Part shown: in pieces, positions 1-10,400 of the stretch
How the letters are laid out: every line of letters starts with the position of its first letter
How positions within the stretch are numbered: position 1 is the first letter of the stretch
Assembly: GCA_017511805.1 (NCBI GenBank)
Contig: JAFWJA010000015.1
Location: 323,098-387,097 of the forward strand
Direction of reading: 5' to 3'
DNA: 64,000 nt
Origin: Bacilli bacterium
GTDB lineage: Bacteria > Bacillota_I > Bacilli_A > RF39 > UBA660
Program-made: the position numbers and the translations under genes
Notes under the pieces: model-generated
Databases searched by the model: none
Seen by the model: the letters and a program-made list of their open reading frames with translations, nothing else
Told to the model about the DNA's origin: nothing

Positions 1-161
1 TTTAATCTTTGTAATCTTGAAGTAGATTTAGCTTTATGATTACTTAAAAAATTAAATATAAATATTAATACTAATAAGACCGCTATTACTGCAATTATAA
101 TAATAAGAAATTCACTATTCTTATCAACATTTTCTAAGTAATTAATCACATTTAAAGTCAT
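1..161 (-). CDS. Partial small membrane protein. Its N-terminus MTLNVINYLENVDKNSEFLIIIIAVIAVLLVLIFIFNF... starts at 161 and the gene continues off the 5' edge of the window.
   Basis: GGAG-type RBS 8-12 nt upstream of an ATG (reverse complement) at 159-161. Open frame on the minus strand with a hydrophobic TM stretch. Not in the ORF track because no stop lies inside the window. Confidence 0.3.
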   Translation of the reverse strand, partial: MTLNVINYLENVDKNSEFLIIIIAVIAVLLVLIFIFNFLSNHKAKSTSRLQRL

Positions 162-413
162 ATTCCCATCTCCTATTATTAATTATATTGCAGTACTGTA
201 CTGTCTCTATTAATCACTAAATTAATATTATCACATTTTGTCAAATTATGTATATACTTTTTTTCATTTTTTTTAGTTTTTTTCTATTACATAAAAATTA
301 TAAAACAAAATCAAAAAAATTAGTTAAATTTTTATACTATTTTTACTTTTTTGACACTTATTTGCTTTTATTTATTTTTTTATTTTGATATAATTTTAAT
401 AGAGGCGATTTAT

Positions 414-1439
414 ATGAACGATGTAACTGAAAATTTTATAGATATTTTTGATAATACAGATAAAATAGATTCTATTCCATCTAATGAAGAAAATATTTTT
501 AATAATCAAAATAATGAACAAGATAATACTTTTAGTGTATTAAAAACATATTCTGAAGATATGACCGCTAAAACATATATTACTAATCCAGCGATTGCTA
601 GAGATGAAGAAATTAAGAACTTAATACTAATATTATTAAGTCCTGAAAAATCACCTGTTTTAACTGGTAAAGCTGGTATAGGTAAAACTGCAATTGTTGA
701 AGGTTTATGTTATAGAATACAAACTAAAACAGTGCCAAATGCTCTACTTAATTCTAGAGTATATAAAATTAATACTTCTTCTTTATTGGGTACATATGAA
801 CATGAAGGAATTGAAGAATCTAAATTACAATTATTAATTAATGAAATAATGGGTAAAAAAGATATTATCTTATTTATAGATGAAATACACTCACTAGTAA
901 CATCAGTTAAAAATGGTGGTGGTGTTGATTTCCTTAACATGTTAAAACCAGGATTAGATCGTGGTGATATAAAAATAATTGGTGCGACTACTACTCAAGA
1001 GTTTAATGAATTCTTATTAAAAGATAAAGCTTTCTTACGTCGTTTTGAAAAGATTGAAGTTGAAGAACCAAATCAAGAAACTACTGTTAAGATATTAATG
1101 GGAACAAAAAGAAAAATTGAAGTATCAACTGGTGTTACTTTCCCATATACAGACTTTGTATTAGAACAAGTATGTAAGTTCATTGTTAATATGACTTCTG
1201 AATATAAAAGAATATATGAACATGGGTCTAGATATCCAGACGTATCATTATCACTTTTATCTAAATGTTTCACATATGCGAAATTTGATAATTCAAAGTA
1301 TGTAACATTTAAATATATTTATGAAGCAATTAAAAATACTAATTTAGTATATGATGATGTTGTTAGAAAAGAATTACCAATATTTAAAGAAACATTTAAA
1401 GATTGGTTAGAAAAAGAAAATGTAAATGTAGAAATATAA
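414..1439 (+). CDS. Standalone ClpB/ClpA-type AAA+ module (first nucleotide-binding domain only). There is no N-domain, no middle domain and no second ATPase domain.
   Basis: Walker A GKAGIGKTAIVEGL, Walker B ILFIDEIHSL, sensor GATT and Arg-finger RRFE all match the D1 module of ClpB/ClpC. The track ORF uses a TTG at 351. The better start is ATG 414, with an AGAGG RBS at 401-405. Confidence 0.6.
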   Translation: MNDVTENFIDIFDNTDKIDSIPSNEENIFNNQNNEQDNTFSVLKTYSEDMTAKTYITNPAIARDEEIKNLILILLSPEKSPVLTGKAGIGKTAIVEGLCYRIQTKTVPNALLNSRVYKINTSSLLGTYEHEGIEESKLQLLINEIMGKKDIILFIDEIHSLVTSVKNGGGVDFLNMLKPGLDRGDIKIIGATTTQEFNEFLLKDKAFLRRFEKIEVEEPNQETTVKILMGTKRKIEVSTGVTFPYTDFVLEQVCKFIVNMTSEYKRIYEHGSRYPDVSLSLLSKCFTYAKFDNSKYVTFKYIYEAIKNTNLVYDDVVRKELPIFKETFKDWLEKENVNVEI

Positions 1440-1443
1440 AAAA

Positions 1444-1470
1444 ATAGATATCAAATGATATCTATTTTTT
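1444..1470. terminator. Bidirectional rho-independent terminator between the convergent ClpB-like gene and dnaJ.
   Basis: Hairpin ATAGATATC-aaat-GATATCTAT flanked by an A-run (left) and a T-run (right). It overlaps the dnaJ TAG stop. Confidence 0.5.
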
Positions 1471-2601
1471 AAAATACTTTTTATATTTTTTAAATTTATC
1501 ATGATCATCAAGTGTAGTTTCACTTAATTCTTCAAATAATTTCTTTTGTTTTTTATCTAGTTTAGTAGGCATTAATACATTTAATAAAATATATAGATCA
1601 CCACGTTTAGATGAATTTACTATTGGTACTCCTCTACCTTTAATTCTTAATCTATCATTATTTTGAGAACCAGCTGGTATAGTAAGTTTAATATCACCAT
1701 CAAGAGTACTTACATCTTTAGTACAACCAAGTACTGCTTCTGTAATAGTAATTGGTAAAATAAGATATAAATCATTTTCATTTCTATTAAATAATTCATC
1801 ATCTCTAACTTCGAATTCTACATAGATATCTCCGTTAGGACCTCCATTGAATCCAGCTTCTCCTTTTTCTTTTATTCTAATTTGAGTACCTGTATCTACA
1901 CCTGCTGGTATAGTTATAGTAACAGTTTTTCTCTTTCTAACTTTACCTTGTCCTTTACAATCAGTACATCTTCTTTCATATGATTTACCAGTTCCACCGC
2001 AATCAGGACAAACAGTTTGACTTTGGAATACTCCAAATAAAGAGTTTTGTTGTTTTACTATTCTTCCTGATCCATGACATGTTTCACATGTTTTTTCATT
2101 AAATCCACCTTTACCATCACATGTTGAACATGATTCAGTTAAATCTAATGTAATGTCTTTTTTAGTACCAAAGACTGCATCTTTAAAATCAATCTCCATC
2201 TTATAAAGAACATCTTCACCCTTAGTAGGTCTATTTTGTGATTTCTTATTTCTAAATCCACCACCAAACATACCACTTAATATGTCACCTAAATCTATAT
2301 CATCAAAACCAAAACCAGATGTATTAAAGCCACCATAACTTCCGTATGGATTACCTCCTGCTCCTCCACCCATGTTTTGATCAAATGCTGCATGTCCAAA
2401 TTGATCATATGTCTTTCTTTTACCTTCATCAGATAATACTTCATATGCCTCTTGAACTTCTTTAAATTTATCTGCAGCATCAGGTTCTTTATTTAAATCA
2501 GGATGATATTTTTTAGCAAGTTTTCTAAAAGCACTTTTAATTTCTGCATCTGTTGCAGACTTAGAAACACCAAGTACTTCATAATAATCTCTTTTTGCCA
2601 T
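1462..2601 (-). CDS. dnaJ: Chaperone DnaJ (Hsp40).
   Basis: J-domain with HPD (KKYHPDLNK), a Gly/Phe-rich linker, four CxxCxGxG zinc-finger repeats and a C-terminal substrate-binding domain. Confidence 0.95.
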   Translation of the reverse strand: MAKRDYYEVLGVSKSATDAEIKSAFRKLAKKYHPDLNKEPDAADKFKEVQEAYEVLSDEGKRKTYDQFGHAAFDQNMGGGAGGNPYGSYGGFNTSGFGFDDIDLGDILSGMFGGGFRNKKSQNRPTKGEDVLYKMEIDFKDAVFGTKKDITLDLTESCSTCDGKGGFNEKTCETCHGSGRIVKQQNSLFGVFQSQTVCPDCGGTGKSYERRCTDCKGQGKVRKRKTVTITIPAGVDTGTQIRIKEKGEAGFNGGPNGDIYVEFEVRDDELFNRNENDLYLILPITITEAVLGCTKDVSTLDGDIKLTIPAGSQNNDRLRIKGRGVPIVNSSKRGDLYILLNVLMPTKLDKKQKKLFEELSETTLDDHDKFKKYKKYFKK

Positions 2602-2602
2602 A

Positions 2603-4393
2603 CTACTTCTCCTTACTTATCTTAACAAATTCATCTATTAATGAATCAAAATACTTAATTGCATCTTCATATACTTTACTATCTTCTAAATCAAATCCTA
2701 GTACTTTAAAAGCATCTAACGGATATATATCTGATCCTAAAGATATAAACTTAATATAATTATCTAGAGCTTTTTTATCACCTGATAATATTTTAGCTAC
2801 ATTAGCAGACGCAACTGAGATACAAAATGAATAATCAAATAGATAATAATTCATATAATAATGACTTCTTCTTATCCAACCTGTATTTCCATTTTCATCT
2901 ATTATAACTTCTTTACCATAGTATTTTTCTAATGACTTTTGATCTAAATTATTCATATAATCTTTTGTTAATGCGTTTCCTTCTAGAGAATAATCGTAGA
3001 ATTCTCTTTCCATTTTACCTTCTCTAACAGCTCCAAAAAGATTAGATAAAAATACATTTAAAATATTATTAATACCAGATAGTTTTTCTTCTTTTGTTTT
3101 ACCATGTTCTGCTAAATAACTAGATAATAAACATTCATTTGTTAATGATACAACTTCCGCAACTAATTTAGTTACTTCTCTATATTGCATTTTGTTATAT
3201 TTCATAACAAATTGATGATGAACATTATGTCCACATTCATGAGCTATTGTACTAACTGAATCTAAATCATCATTAAAACTAAGTAATATTCTTGAATCAT
3301 GATCAGTTGTACTAGCAGAATATCCACCAGAACATTTTCCTTTATATTCGCAATAATCTATATAATGATTATCAATTATTTTGTTATAACAAGAAATATA
3401 TTCTTCACCAAGTGGTTTAACAACTTCTCTAATTAAATCATTAGCTTCTTCTATAGTATATTTTCTATCAGAAGAAGTTAAATCTAATCCTAGATCATAT
3501 TGATGTAATTCTTTTAAACCTAAAGTCTCTTTAAATACTCTATAGTATTTTTGTAATACATCTACATTATTTTCTACTGCACTAGTTAATGCATCATATG
3601 CTTTTTTAGACATATGATTATTAAATAATTTTGCATCCCATGCATCTTTAAATTTATGTATTTTTGAATTTGTATTATTTGCTTTAACATATGAATCTAA
3701 AAGTGAAGCTGATGTTCCTGCATGCATAGCTAAAACATCTTTATATTTTTTAAAGACTTCTTTTCTTATATTTTGATCTTTATTTTTTAATAATTTTCTT
3801 AAATTAGTAGAAGTAATAACAGTATCTTCTCCATCTATTTTAACAGTTCCATAATCATTTTCATTGTTTAATAGATTAGAAGATATATCTTCATAATTAT
3901 TCATCGCAGTTGTTAACTCATTAATAATTATTTCTTCTTTTTCTGATAAAGTATGTTCTTTACCTTTATATAGTTCTTCTAATACAAATTTAAATTCTAA
4001 TAAATCTTTATTATCAAATAACTTATTAAAATCTTCTTTAGATAGTTCTATCAATTCTGGTTCAAAGAAACTAACATTAGTAATATATTCACTATAAAGT
4101 ATAGTAGCTTTATTCTTTCTATCTATATTTTTAGCAATACCTAGTTCTTCATCATCTTTTAAATATGCATATATATAAAGATTTTCTACTTCATTTTGAA
4201 CTTCTATATCAAATTTTAAGAACTCATATAATTTAGCACTATCTTTTGTACATCCTACATATTTTTTTAATTCTTCTACTTCTTTTTTTGTTTTATTATA
4301 ACTAACTTCATAATCTTTATCATCTTTATAAAAATCACTTAAATCCCATTTATATTTATCAGGTACTTCACTTCTAGATTTATATTTATTCAT
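2603..4393 (-). CDS. pepF: Oligoendopeptidase F (M3B family).
   Basis: 596 aa. HEXXH zinc motif in [11 protein letters not shown]. Overall M3B-like length and composition. GGAG RBS before the ATG. It lies between dnaK and dnaJ. Confidence 0.85.
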   Translation of the reverse strand: MNKYKSRSEVPDKYKWDLSDFYKDDKDYEVSYNKTKKEVEELKKYVGCTKDSAKLYEFLKFDIEVQNEVENLYIYAYLKDDEELGIAKNIDRKNKATILYSEYITNVSFFEPELIELSKEDFNKLFDNKDLLEFKFVLEELYKGKEHTLSEKEEIIINELTTAMNNYEDISSNLLNNENDYGTVKIDGEDTVITSTNLRKLLKNKDQNIRKEVFKKYKDVLAMHAGTSASLLDSYVKANNTNSKIHKFKDAWDAKLFNNHMSKKAYDALTSAVENNVDVLQKYYRVFKETLGLKELHQYDLGLDLTSSDRKYTIEEANDLIREVVKPLGEEYISCYNKIIDNHYIDYCEYKGKCSGGYSASTTDHDSRILLSFNDDLDSVSTIAHECGHNVHHQFVMKYNKMQYREVTKLVAEVVSLTNECLLSSYLAEHGKTKEEKLSGINNILNVFLSNLFGAVREGKMEREFYDYSLEGNALTKDYMNNLDQKSLEKYYGKEVIIDENGNTGWIRRSHYYMNYYLFDYSFCISVASANVAKILSGDKKALDNYIKFISLGSDIYPLDAFKVLGFDLEDSKVYEDAIKYFDSLIDEFVKISKEK

Positions 4394-4442
4394 ATGTTCT
4401 CCTTTTCAAAATAGAAAGTTCTAGTTACCTAGAACTTAACTA

Positions 4443-6266
<1,824 letters not shown>

Positions 6267-6276
6267 TTATTCCTCC

Positions 6277-6813
6277 TTATTGATTTACCTTAACCATTGC
6301 TGGTCTAATAACTTTATCTTTATAAGTATATCCTTTTTGTAATACTTCTATTATTTCATTATCCTTTTTACCATCAACATGATCTGTCATAACAGCTTGA
6401 TGCTTATTAGGATCAAATTCTTGTCCAAGACACTCTATTTCTCTTACCTCTTCTTTATTTAAGATATTTATTAAATTATCGTATATCATTTTAAAACCTT
6501 TTTGATAATTTAATACATCTTCATTATCTGAAGTAACATTAAGTGCTCTTTCAAAATTATCTACAACCTGTAATATCTCCATGATTAAACTTTCAGAAGC
6601 ATATTTCATCATTCTAGCATTTTCTTCTTCTTTTCTTCTTACTGTATTAATCATTTCTGCTGTAACTCTAATATTCTTATCTTCTAATTCTTTAATCTTA
6701 ATATTAAGAGCGTTTATTAATTCTTTTTCTTTACTTTTCTTTTATTTTTTATTTTCTTTTTTTTCTTCATGAACTTCTTCTACTTGTTCTTCTATAAACT
6801 TTTCTTCTTCCAT
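6277..6813 (-). CDS. grpE: Nucleotide-exchange factor GrpE. The full-length frame starts at an ATG overlapping the hrcA stop (6811-6813). It is interrupted by an in-frame TAA at 6742-6744 (codon 24). The track ORF (6277-6654) is only the C-terminal 125 aa.
   Basis: Minus-strand translation upstream of the track ORF gives MEEEKFIEEQVEEVHEEKKENKK*KKSKEKELINALNIKIKELEDKNIRVTAEMINTVRRKEEE. The segment after the stop is the canonical GrpE paired-helix region (compare E. coli ...RVKAEMENLRRRTE). The C-terminal four-helix and beta-sheet domain is present. Confidence 0.8.
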
Positions 6814-7802
6814 TATTGATTTCCTTTCAAATTATTCTTTATATAATCAAGAAGTGAAACTACTTTATCATATTCCATTCTCTTTGGACCTACTATAGCA
6901 AGTGTTTTTTCTTGGTTATCTATCATTACTTTTGTTTTAACAATAGTTAAATCGTCATCAAATTCATTTTCTTTTCCTATATATATATTTATACCATCAT
7001 CAACTTCTTCTATTTTACGAAGTGATTCTTCATCTAACTTATTAACTATTTTCTTAATCTTATCTACTTCATTAAATTCTGGAAGTTCATATATTTTATT
7101 CTTACCTCTTACAAACACTTCATTATCACTTTTAAAGTTATTAAATGCATTATAAAAGGCATTATAGATAGTTTCATAATTTAATATATAATTACTAATT
7201 ATTGGTTTAATTTCAAATTCTAGTTTAGAACTAACTTCACTAATAGGAGTTCCCACTATCATTTTATTAATTAACTCAACTATCTTTCTAACTTCTTCTA
7301 AATTACTTCCCTTAATATTAATAGTTTTATTTTCAACATGACCAGTATCTGTTACTACTATAGCAATTACATTTTCATCATTTATAGGAATAACTTCAAC
7401 TTGTTTAAGTTTAGTCTCACTACTCTTATTATCTAATATAACTGCTGTATAATTAGTCATATCTGAAATAATTTGTAAACTCTTCGAGATAGAGTCAGAT
7501 AACTCTAACTGAGTATTATTAAAGATCTTTTGTAAGTTTAATACTTCTTCACCATTCATCTCTTTTGGTTTCATTAAATGATCTACATAGTACCTATATC
7601 CTTTTTCTGATGGCACTCTACCCGAACTAGTATGGGTTTTCTCTAGATATCCTTCTTCTTCTAGAGCTTGCATCTCATTTCTAACTGTCGCAGATGAACA
7701 ATCAAGTATTTCACATATGTTCTTAGATCCAACTGGTTTAATAGTTTTAATATATTCTTCTACAATCAGTTTAAGAACATTTTCTTTTCTCTCACTAAGC
7801 AT
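6813..7802 (-). CDS. hrcA: Heat-inducible transcription repressor HrcA.
   Basis: N-terminal winged-helix motif (VGSKNICEILDCSSATVRNEMQALEEEGYLEKTHTSSGRVPSEKGYRYYVD). CIRCE operator immediately upstream. Conserved hrcA-grpE-dnaK order. Confidence 0.9.
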   Translation of the reverse strand: MLSERKENVLKLIVEEYIKTIKPVGSKNICEILDCSSATVRNEMQALEEEGYLEKTHTSSGRVPSEKGYRYYVDHLMKPKEMNGEEVLNLQKIFNNTQLELSDSISKSLQIISDMTNYTAVILDNKSSETKLKQVEVIPINDENVIAIVVTDTGHVENKTINIKGSNLEEVRKIVELINKMIVGTPISEVSSKLEFEIKPIISNYILNYETIYNAFYNAFNNFKSDNEVFVRGKNKIYELPEFNEVDKIKKIVNKLDEESLRKIEEVDDGINIYIGKENEFDDDLTIVKTKVMIDNQEKTLAIVGPKRMEYDKVVSLLDYIKNNLKGNQ

Positions 7803-7835
7803 CTTTTCACCTCCTATTGCAGGTTTACGTATTTC

Positions 7836-7864
7836 ATATTAACACAAAAAATTAGCACTGTCAA
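7836..7864 (-). promoter_or_regulatory. Sigma-A type promoter for the hrcA-grpE-dnaK operon, overlapping CIRCE.
   Basis: On the minus strand, TTGACA (7864-7859), a 17-nt spacer, then TAATAT (7841-7836). AGGAGG RBS before the hrcA ATG. Confidence 0.5.
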
Positions 7865-7878
7865 TATGTAAGTGCTAA
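7852..7878. promoter_or_regulatory. CIRCE operator (HrcA binding site).
   Basis: TTAGCACTG-N9-AAGTGCTAA compared with the consensus TTAGCACTC-N9-GAGTGCTAA. Two mismatches and perfect 9-nt spacing. Confidence 0.75.
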
Positions 7879-7900
7879 TTTATTTTTTCTTTACAATATA

Positions 7901-8713
7901 CTAATTTACGTCTATATCTCCTGTACTAGTTTTAATCTTTAACTCAATATCACTTTTTCTATTATTATTACTAATATTAACATCTCCTGTTGATGTATTT
8001 CCCTCTATATATATACTATTTGTCTTTTTGATACATATATCACCAGTACTAGCTTTGATCTTAGAATTCTTATTAATATTTAGTTCTTTAATATCTATAT
8101 CACCTGTTGTAGTAGATAATTCAATTGAATTATTAACAATTCCAAGATTTATATCACCTGTTGTTGAATTAATAACTAAATCATTTACTTCATCTATATC
8201 TATATCTCCTGTTGTTACATTAATAGTTGCGTCTTTTATAGATTTCAAATTAATATCACCAGTTGTAGTATTAATAACAGCATCTGATTTACTATATGAA
8301 TCAACCTCTATATCACCTGTTGTTGAATTAATAACTATATCTTTATCATAGTTCTTTGGTAAATATACATTAATCTTACTTCTATTAAAGAAACAAAATA
8401 ATACGCATTTTTCTTTTAAAGTTACTTTTAATTCTTTTTCTGTATTACTAATTTCTTTTTCTTCATACTTTTTAGAATATAATTCTACTTTTACTTTATC
8501 ATCTTTACTTTCCTTAATATATATATCAGCGATATTTGTATCAATACTTAAATTGTTAATCGAATCAAATTCTTTTGTTTCAATCAATTTAGCTTTTCCA
8601 AATATAAAATCAAAACTATATCCATTAACAATAAATCCTACTAAGAAAAATACTAATCCTAAAACTAATAAAGATAATAATACTATTAAGAATATTTTAA
8701 TACCATTATTCAT
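7901..8713 (-). CDS. Membrane-anchored DUF4097/LiaG-like putative adhesin with beta-helical (S/T)TTGDI(N/D) repeats.
   Basis: N-terminal TM followed by about 10 repeats of INSTTGDIxL / VTTGDIDI. Translationally coupled to the upstream XRE gene (ATGA overlap at 8706-8713). Confidence 0.55.
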   Translation of the reverse strand: MNNGIKIFLIVLLSLLVLGLVFFLVGFIVNGYSFDFIFGKAKLIETKEFDSINNLSIDTNIADIYIKESKDDKVKVELYSKKYEEKEISNTEKELKVTLKEKCVLFCFFNRSKINVYLPKNYDKDIVINSTTGDIEVDSYSKSDAVINTTTGDINLKSIKDATINVTTGDIDIDEVNDLVINSTTGDINLGIVNNSIELSTTTGDIDIKELNINKNSKIKASTGDICIKKTNSIYIEGNTSTGDVNISNNNRKSDIELKIKTSTGDIDVN

Positions 8714-9356
8714 TTTTATCCTCCTTACTTACACTAGGTTTCTTTTTCATACTATAAATTAATTTTGCTATTGTATCACATAGACCAATTATTAAAAATA
8801 TTACCCAAGTTATATACCATGCACCTGTAGCAAAACTTACAATAAAATATGTAACTAAACCTATAATACCAATAATAGAACATATAAGATCTATTTCTGA
8901 TTTTTCTTCTTTAGCTTTTTGTTCAAGAAGTTTTTCTTCAGCAGTTTGAACTGATTTATATTTAATTGCTGAAAAAACAATAAGACCTGTTGCTCCTGCT
9001 ATTATAGTAAAGAATAAACATACTCCTATTATTGGTTCATTAAATGATGTAGAAAAAAGTATAATTGCTACTAAAGATAATATATATAAGGATACAGCTA
9101 TTGCTATATTTCTAGCAAAATTATTTTTCTTATTTTCTTCTTTTGCTTTAATAATATCTTTAGAACCAGATAATAGTTCATCAGATGTAATTCCATAAAA
9201 TTCACATAATGGAATAATCTTATTAAAATCAGGTGTTGATTCACCAGTCTCCCATTTTGATATAGTTTGTCTAGATACATCTAGTACATTTGCAAGTTCT
9301 TCTTGCGATAAATTCTTTTCTTTTCTAAGTTTTAACAATCTCTCTGAAATTGTCAT
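8706..9356 (-). CDS. XRE-family helix-turn-helix transcriptional regulator with C-terminal transmembrane segments.
   Basis: LSQEELANVLDVSRQTISKWETGESTP is a typical HTH_3 motif. Three or four hydrophobic helices follow. Confidence 0.7.
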   Translation of the reverse strand: MTISERLLKLRKEKNLSQEELANVLDVSRQTISKWETGESTPDFNKIIPLCEFYGITSDELLSGSKDIIKAKEENKKNNFARNIAIAVSLYILSLVAIILFSTSFNEPIIGVCLFFTIIAGATGLIVFSAIKYKSVQTAEEKLLEQKAKEEKSEIDLICSIIGIIGLVTYFIVSFATGAWYITWVIFLIIGLCDTIAKLIYSMKKKPSVSKEDKNE

Positions 9357-9435
9357 ACCTTTTCACCTCTTTCAATATCAATTTTACAAAAAATATTGGT
9401 TGCGTTCAATATAGTTGACTTGGAAAACTGTCAAC

Positions 9436-9462
9436 TTACATTAACATTTTAACATAAAAAGA
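9436..9462. promoter_or_regulatory. Candidate operator/promoter of the XRE-TM regulator: an inverted repeat AGTTGAC-N10-GTCAACT containing a TTGACA hexamer.
   Basis: Inverted repeat read directly in the 9357-9470 intergenic region upstream of 8706-9356. Confidence 0.3.
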
Positions 9463-9481
9463 GTGTTTTATCACTCTTTTT
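9456..9481 (-). terminator. Rho-independent terminator after the KilA-N gene.
   Basis: AAAAAGAGTG-ttttat-CACTCTTTTT hairpin. It overlaps the TGA stop. Confidence 0.4.
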
Positions 9482-10325
9482 GTAGATTAATTAGGGTTTG
9501 ATTATTTTTAAGCAAATCCATTTGTCTTCTTGCAGCATCATTTAATTTTACTAGTCTTTCGCTCTGACTTAAACCAGCTTTTATAAACTCAGAATTAGAT
9601 ATTTCTAGGTTGTTTAGTATAACTAAATGTATTAAATCTGTATAATCTCTTATATTACCTGTTTTAGAAAGTTCAGAATTTTCTTCTCTCCATTCTTTTG
9701 CAGTCACACCAAATAGTGCTACATTTATAACATCTGCTTCTTCAGCATAAATATAATGAATTTGTTTATCTGTTAATTCTGGAACTAAATAATTTTTAAT
9801 TGCATCAGTATGAATTAAATAATTAACTTTAGAAAGAGTTCTATTAACACTCCACTCTATCTTATTTTGATAAGATTCATTCTTTTTTAATCTTTGAAAT
9901 TCTTGTATAAGATATAGTTTGAATTCAGGACTAAGCCAACTTGCGAATTCAAAAGCAATATCAGGATGAGCAAAAGTACCAACACTTGATTTTCCTCCAC
10001 TTGGTATAATACCAATAGCATTAAAATCTTTCCTCCATCTACTAGGAGTCATAGTAAATCTATTATATGGAACTTCTTTTATTTTAATTCCGTGGGATTC
10101 CACGGAATTAAAATTAGGATTATTTAGTTCTTCCCATAAAGAATAAAAAAGAAAAGAGTTTTTATTAGACATCCAATTTCTTATTACCCCTGATGGATCA
10201 TCACTATTTGCATACTTAGCTAAATCTGTTAAAGATATATAGTCTTCATTATTTAACCTCATTACTTTAATATTCCTATCCTTTACTTTTATAATTGCGC
10301 TAATTTCATTCTTCGTAGATTTCAC
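9471..10325 (-). CDS. KilA-N domain protein (phage/mobile-element associated DNA-binding domain) with a C-terminal domain of unknown function.
   Basis: N-terminal region ...NIKVMRLNNEDYISLTDLAKYANSDDPSGVIRNWMSNKNSFLFYSLWEE matches the KilA-N fold signature. The track start is a GTG. An alternative ATG lies at codon 22. Confidence 0.55.
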   Translation of the reverse strand: MKSTKNEISAIIKVKDRNIKVMRLNNEDYISLTDLAKYANSDDPSGVIRNWMSNKNSFLFYSLWEELNNPNFNSVESHGIKIKEVPYNRFTMTPSRWRKDFNAIGIIPSGGKSSVGTFAHPDIAFEFASWLSPEFKLYLIQEFQRLKKNESYQNKIEWSVNRTLSKVNYLIHTDAIKNYLVPELTDKQIHYIYAEEADVINVALFGVTAKEWREENSELSKTGNIRDYTDLIHLVILNNLEISNSEFIKAGLSQSERLVKLNDAARRQMDLLKNNQTLINLQKE

Positions 10326-10370
10326 CTACTCTCATACTTTATATTCTCTGTATGAAAGGAGAACTACGCA

Positions 10371-10400
10371 AAAAAAAGAAGAATTTGTTATTATTCTTCT
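10371..10400 (-). terminator. Rho-independent terminator directly after (and overlapping the last codons of) the giant surface-protein gene.
   Basis: AGAAGAAT-loop-ATTCTTCT hairpin followed by T8 on the minus strand. Confidence 0.55.

Noticed and set aside
181-350. Possible CtsR box or CIRCE upstream of the ClpB-like gene (TTTGTCAAAT, and the GTAC-containing repeats CAGTACTGTACTG).
   Set aside because: Only a single GTCAAA heptad is present, not the tandem heptad repeat. There is no inverted repeat resembling CIRCE. Insufficient to call.
710-1273. Minus-strand ORFs 710-940 and 1073-1273 within the ClpB-like gene. Similar antisense ORFs lie within lepA (27425-27607, 27677-27868), dnaJ (2295-2480), the DUF4097 gene (8028-8351, 8553-8762), the DUF4116-repeat gene (32887-33105) and the TasA-like gene (46720-46935).
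   Set aside because: All are embedded antisense in well-supported genes and lack start context.
6581-6772. Plus-strand 63-aa ORF overlapping the grpE N-terminal region.
   Set aside because: It is antisense to the GrpE long-helix coding region. Its F/L/S-rich composition is an artefact of the opposite strand of Lys/Glu codons.
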